From an uncultured Bacteroidales bacterium (GTDB lineage: Bacteria > Bacteroidota > Bacteroidia > Bacteroidales > WCHB1-69), in assembly GCA_947169105.1 (NCBI GenBank), contig CAMVOL010000009.1:11095-75094 (forward strand): a stretch of 64,000 nucleotides of DNA. Reading direction: 5' to 3'. Below, in pieces: positions 62,401-64,000 of the stretch. Each line of letters opens with the position of its first letter. The stretch's first letter is position 1. The notes under the pieces were generated by a model, which had not been told where the DNA came from, did not search any database, and worked only from the letters and a program-made list of their open reading frames with translations. The position numbers and the translations under genes were made by a program.

Positions 62401-64000
62401 GTGAAAATCACACGATTGATGTAGTCTTCGCTATCAACGAGTACACCATCACTGCCACGGCTGGTAATGAAGGCGAAATCATCCCGGGTACGCAAACCGT
62501 CACCTACGGTGCTACGCCGAACGTTACCATCCGCACCCTCGAGGATTGCTACTATATCAGCCGCATCCTTGTGGACGGTGAGGAAGACACGGTCTTCACG
62601 AACAATGAAACCCGCTATGTTTACACCTTCGCTCCTGTTGATACAGATCACGTGATTGCAGCTGAATTCGGTATCCGCACCTACACGGTTATCGTTAATG
62701 CTGACACCAACGGTACGGTTGATCCGAGCGGTGACACACTCACGTACGACTGTGGTGCCACGGTCACTTACACCTTCACGCCGAATGATGGATACGAAGT
62801 GGTGAGTGTCACGGTCAACGGCAGCAACATTGGTGCCCAGACCAGCTACACTATCACCAATATCCAGAATGACTACACGATTGATGTGGTGTTCGGTCAG
62901 ACCTTCTACACCCTGACATCTGTTGCCTACGGTCATGGTACGATTGATCCGCTGGGTGAAACTACCGTTCTTGCTGACTCCTCTATGACCTACACGCTGA
63001 CTCCGGACGACTGCTACACAGTTTCTGAAGTTCTGGTCAACGGTGTCTCTTATCTGAACAACGAAGCCTTCGACGGTGAAACCCTCACCTTTGATTCTGT
63101 AACGTCGGATATGACCATCCAGGCTTACTTCCAGATTAAGACCTACACGGTTGAAACCGAAGCCAACGAAGGCGGTACAATCACCGAGACGGCTGTTTAC
63201 GATTGCGGTACGGATGTGGTCATCAACATCACTCCGGATGCCTGCCACACCCTTGATTCTGTTATGGTTGACACCACTGTGATGACGGATGTCACCGAAG
63301 TTTCCTTCAACGCACTGGATACCAACCACACGGTCATGGCCTACTTCTCCATGAAGACCTACGCCATCACCGCTTCTGTCAATGACACCTTGGGCGGCAC
63401 CATCACCCCGACCGACACGTTCGATTGCGGTGAGAGACCGACCTACGAGATTACTGCCAACGACGGCTATCATATCGACAGCGTTATGGTTGACGGTGTG
63501 TATCAGGGTGCTATTGGAAGCTACACCTTCAGTTCACTTGATGCAGATCATGAAATTATGGCTGTCTTCGCCAAAGACTTGCACCATCTGACGGCTTATG
63601 CCAACGCAGGTGTGCGGATTGAGCCCGTTGCCGACACTACGGTTGAACATGGCACAGACTTCACCTTCTACTTCACGATTGTGGATACCTGCTACGAGAT
63701 TGAAAATGTCACGGTTGACGGTGAAAGCATCGGTGCGGTTGATTCCGTTGCCTTCGACAGCGTGATTACTGATCATGTTGTGAATGTCACCACCACGTTG
63801 AAGACCTACACCATCACGGCTACGGCTATGGAAGGCGGTACTATCACGCCTGCTGGTGCCCTTACCGTTGAGTGCGGTGGCACACAGAGCTTCAGCATCA
63901 CGCCCGCCGTCGGTTACACGCTCGACAGCGTGATGGTGGACAGCGAGAATGTGGGCGAGGTCTATAACTACGTGTTCAGCGATGTCCATGAGGACCACAC
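53448..64000 (+). CDS. Giant repetitive cell-surface protein, 5' partial (more than 3,500 codons, continues beyond the window): signal peptide, unassigned N-terminal domain, 14 Cys-framed modules, ~30 InlB-B-repeat-like modules
   Basis: The frame with codon starts at positions divisible by 3 is open by hand translation from ATG 53448 to base 64000. A second ATG at 53499 gives MKSFLAVALLLLMAVGNVKAQ. It has consistent repeat grammar throughout and a promoter-like AT-rich upstream region. It is not in the ORF track, presumably because it has no stop in the window. Confidence 0.85.
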   Translation, partial: MKKFYTFEPKNFRILTKMKSFLAVALLLLMAVGNVKAQTEQTKTVSFDSYGFSNAQTFPSGDVVSGFISFSTEKNSATTDPAYYGNSNKDIRLYAGSGNGCALKLSLSGGVIVTAVEIQSKRTQTSTYNFYVDGVDKGQTTASLSAGQWIKLTGINATETVVFKNTNAAASGSDSQIRITGIKVTYIVTSCTVTRTEPVNLSVCTSPYQQVIFGKNNKVYSSTRAEGEYLDTIAGVGGDCDTAVTVNFTLIPASYEKYDTIKAGEHYAFGDMDLTTTTNENYTFTASCGCDSIVFLYLTVLQPVMKDAVNDFVCAGKTYIYRGKNYTEANTYYDTVKMGAGICDTIYTLVLSVRDNATYAFDQTIKPGETWFFTDKYPSIATAGTYKDTLTAANTCDSIVTVTVTVLLPVVLPAEDATTCEGKAYSFRDKDYTVADTYYDTVKMGAGICDTIYTLILTVNPKATYEYDYSMDEGDTYDFFGTPITESGVYPYTLTDAAANGCDSVVTVTVTVIPLPDTIYEETVAICEGETYTFHTFEGDSICTETNIYIFTKAGFAQGGRDSIRILNLTVIEEVRVDTSITICEGQLPHEFFGRTYDESIGTGTHNYTIHMESEGGCDSALVHLTLIVGEEYEGETVEATICESELPYHFGPTGQDTLIQTAGAHVITFHTVLGCDSTVTLKLNVNPEYDLAETLTICESELAGTGYVWRDTVFMEGTTSGIFVFNRETVAHCDSIVTLTLTVNGLNNETVYDTICDSELAGTGYAWRDTTFMEGTESGTFVFNRKNANNCDSIVTYHLTVNPARTETAYDTICASELAGTGYAWRDTTFMEGTTTGTFVFNRETSLGCDSIVTLYLTVNPTYTLPLVDTTICASALPFSYYDTTFDANTLPGVYNYTFRGHTLAGCDSIGTVKLTVNPSYTETDTLKICQLELPYVYTTGLGQTITLEEGIPTGTYDTMLLFNTTLNCDSNIVLHLTVTPSTECQFIIQVDTGAHGTVDGATTVYYQDTARFTIKADNCYYIESIKMDGVDAAFDPYSTYKEVSFDSVYTDHTLAVTFAMFQYTVTATAHGEGTITASDTYDCDSVVVYNYAAAAGYHIDSVKVDEELTVYTDETQTEGSKNFGPIAANHTIDVYYSINHYTVTITAGEHGTVTPSGVQNVVYGTQPILNFTSDGCYEVASITVNGTQIDTTCTTFTLDSIKENTTVDIAFDTIHYQIMVTRAGNGNGTINGNYGDIAGEIACANPVNYDVIADEGSYIDTIIWYGVTIPFTGHVTSWSIGLPSVTQNMELYVVFSLDKEHVLAYADGGLGTVTPADTMVGFGTSCDIQVVADTLNGYHIATIYTGENPENVVWEGQNNEKTHIFTLGSVTTDTTVHATFELNRYTVAATTEGTEGTLTPDSITVLHGHDLGFTAIAGDCQFIDSIFVDGISQIITNVDTMKFTVSNVITPDRTVRVVFSTVQYQMTATFNNVEGTVSDSIVDCGSSYTYTITPNTGYHVDTIYYDAENFVIGETSYTFTNIREDHNIKVVFAINQYEVTASTDGNGTVTPTSETVAHGDDQTFTVTPNDCYHISSITVNDVDYDLSHVSGGTFTVSNITEATTVKINFALDTFQLVQTITGEGTVNEMADTTVNVLCGSDYIFNIAAAEGNHIVSYTVNGGTPVTVDNSESYVATLTDTIKNIQADCTLAAEFAVNTYTIYTERLSGMGTFTPDVVTVNYDADTIIIVTADNANGYHIASVTATGINEVYSNDDHKIVDTVHLTNIRANDTLKAEFALDLHLISVIIEGEGAVAPMDTNITFGDTVTFNITPYDCQYISSIVVDGRDTTITDPAGMQLTFNHVVDTHRLEVTFAPTTYLVKWKEYYPGMPTIREDSNVACGTDFTYEVRAEEGFHIHEVYLDYVVDTTFETEQIDAYDLVIPNVRETHLIEVQFEQDYYSLHLDTVGAGTIVCDSADLSKIYYNTPLQFTVTPEECYEFTSLTINGVNYTDQVVGGVLNWNAIDSGAVVATFSIIRYEMASSVNDGNMGTVTPTDSVDCGTPYTYYIAANEGYHIDTITCGSFVKVLGENDNVLDTLVIANAVSDTAVRVVFSINTYNVTICTPAPENGTLTVNPAIVEHGENCEVTIVADSVHGYHIDTIFCGDNIVPLGQNENTFYVYNINGITSDTTVCASFSLNNYTITASIAAEDVEHLSIMPGDTNVKFGDTVIYTVKSINDCYYINDEILVDGVAVEFTTGDSTRATYAFEAINSNHTIVANAAIYRYAVTTTVNDNTLGEITPGDTTLDCGSDYAYVVTPITGYHIDSVKVNGVMQTITDSSTFSSTIEDIHTDTTIAAYFSINHYMIVASTGDNNGTIDPVDTIVYEYGATPTYIIKPNDCYYISEVLVDGTAVEFTTGDSTYATYTFDAIDASHTIVANFAIYKYDMTADFEAAMGTVTTATDINCGADYQYMITANEGFHIVSYTIGGVTVTNTMEEPNDYIVDSVLISPVSQDTNLVVEFDTNTYTVSVCADAVNGSLVVNDPTEVNYNEGTTVTVVADTANGYHIASITDSRGITVPYGHNTDKIATYNVDNVVADDTVCATFELNTFTIHTENGENGTITPSNDTIVTYGDVVDFVIEPNSCYYISNILVDGESVWTGYTDSVSAYTLQINVSEFDPAVETHTIATEYTIFQYTMTSTVNDATMGTVTPTTTVECGSTHNYEIEATTGYHIDHVILDNVQTDYEGQQNTATITVTDIRADHQLDVFFAKNRYTVTATAGEHGTITPSGVTTVEHGASLTYTIAPDPCYYIDSVLVNGEVVEFTTGDSTGGTYTFASVEDTMTIHADFHIYEYRMMAEYDEEMGSVETGIATCGSNYTYTIHANEGYHITSMRVGTTTHNNNVGLNTDTVATFNVYSVYQDTTCYVEFARNTYTVNFNVTGEGEVEPGNTTVDYDSTLAYTVTAGTGYHIVSITDNGTVVYTNDNRDTVAHSGSIANIRENHTIDVVFAINEYTITATAGNEGEIIPGTQTVTYGATPNVTIRTLEDCYYISRILVDGEEDTVFTNNETRYVYTFAPVDTDHVIAAEFGIRTYTVIVNADTNGTVDPSGDTLTYDCGATVTYTFTPNDGYEVVSVTVNGSNIGAQTSYTITNIQNDYTIDVVFGQTFYTLTSVAYGHGTIDPLGETTVLADSSMTYTLTPDDCYTVSEVLVNGVSYLNNEAFDGETLTFDSVTSDMTIQAYFQIKTYTVETEANEGGTITETAVYDCGTDVVINITPDACHTLDSVMVDTTVMTDVTEVSFNALDTNHTVMAYFSMKTYAITASVNDTLGGTITPTDTFDCGERPTYEITANDGYHIDSVMVDGVYQGAIGSYTFSSLDADHEIMAVFAKDLHHLTAYANAGVRIEPVADTTVEHGTDFTFYFTIVDTCYEIENVTVDGESIGAVDSVAFDSVITDHVVNVTTTLKTYTITATAMEGGTITPAGALTVECGGTQSFSITPAVGYTLDSVMVDSENVGEVYNYVFSDVHEDH
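54006..56400 (+). repeat. Array of 14 Cys-framed ~50-60-aa protein modules (coding repeats)
   Basis: Each module runs from about C-[EAD]-[GS]-[EQ] to [GN]CDS[IV]VT-x-x-LTV-x-P. Examples are GCDSIVFLYLTVLQP, TCDSIVTVTVTVLLP, GCDSTVTLKLNVNP and NCDSNIVLHLTVTP. Confidence 0.8.
56400..64000 (+). repeat. Array of about 30 ~75-90-aa beta-rich modules (Listeria-Bacteroides / divergent InlB B-repeat-like), coding repeats
   Basis: The recurrent pattern is xYxVTAxxGxxGTVTPxxxxxVxxGxxxxxxIxPxxCYxIxSIxVDG...YxFxxIxxxHxIxxxF, alternating with ...MGTVTP...CGSxYxYxIxAxxGYHI... variants. The family name is inferred from pattern memory, not from a search. Confidence 0.7.

Noticed and set aside
59685-63473. 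1262-aa minus-strand ORF.
   Set aside because: Same reasoning. It is bounded by sense-frame TTA at 59685 and is an antisense shadow of the giant gene.

Overview
This is a chromosomal segment that looks like Bacteroidota (Bacteroidales-type). Three things point that way. TAnnTTTG -7 promoter boxes sit in front of most transcription units. One gene carries a T9SS C-terminal sorting domain. There is an ExbB/ExbD/TonB-dependent-receptor gene set, and there are many lipoprotein signal peptides.

Most of 1-53 kb is densely packed housekeeping and envelope genes:
- A PPDK-like dikinase fused to an unassigned N-terminal region and coupled to a divergent GAPDH paralogue.
- CCA-adding enzyme, DksA/TraR, LspA, DsbD, RfbA, DPP-IV and RNase H1.
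- PNP plus an LpxK/GT9/acyltransferase/ECF-sigma/LptD-like envelope cluster.
- An amidase, a GapN-like aldehyde dehydrogenase and methylmalonyl-CoA mutase.
- Two nucleotide-sugar dehydrogenases and an ExbB-ExbD cluster.
- Prs, carbamate kinase, FolD, and two tRNAs (Val-GAC, Ser-GGA).

I saw no rRNA, CRISPR array, transposase, integrase or phage genes.

The main finding is at 53.4-64.0 kb. A single plus-strand reading frame stays open from a signal-peptide start to the end of the window (more than 3,500 codons), yet it is absent from the supplied ORF track. The four long minus-strand ORFs listed there are codon-aligned antisense shadows of it. The predicted product is a giant, hierarchically repeated surface protein with 14 Cys-framed modules followed by about 30 InlB-B-repeat-like modules. 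The latter are organised into five ~1.2-kb super-repeats.

Secondary observations:
- A small AT-richer islet next to tRNA-Val, ending in an MNT antitoxin gene with a decayed HepT partner.
- A family of short-period AAGTT/AACTT intergenic repeats tied to a shared promoter architecture.
- A REP-like 40-nt element present twice.

All translations and alignments were done by eye, so coordinates of small motifs may be off by a few nucleotides.
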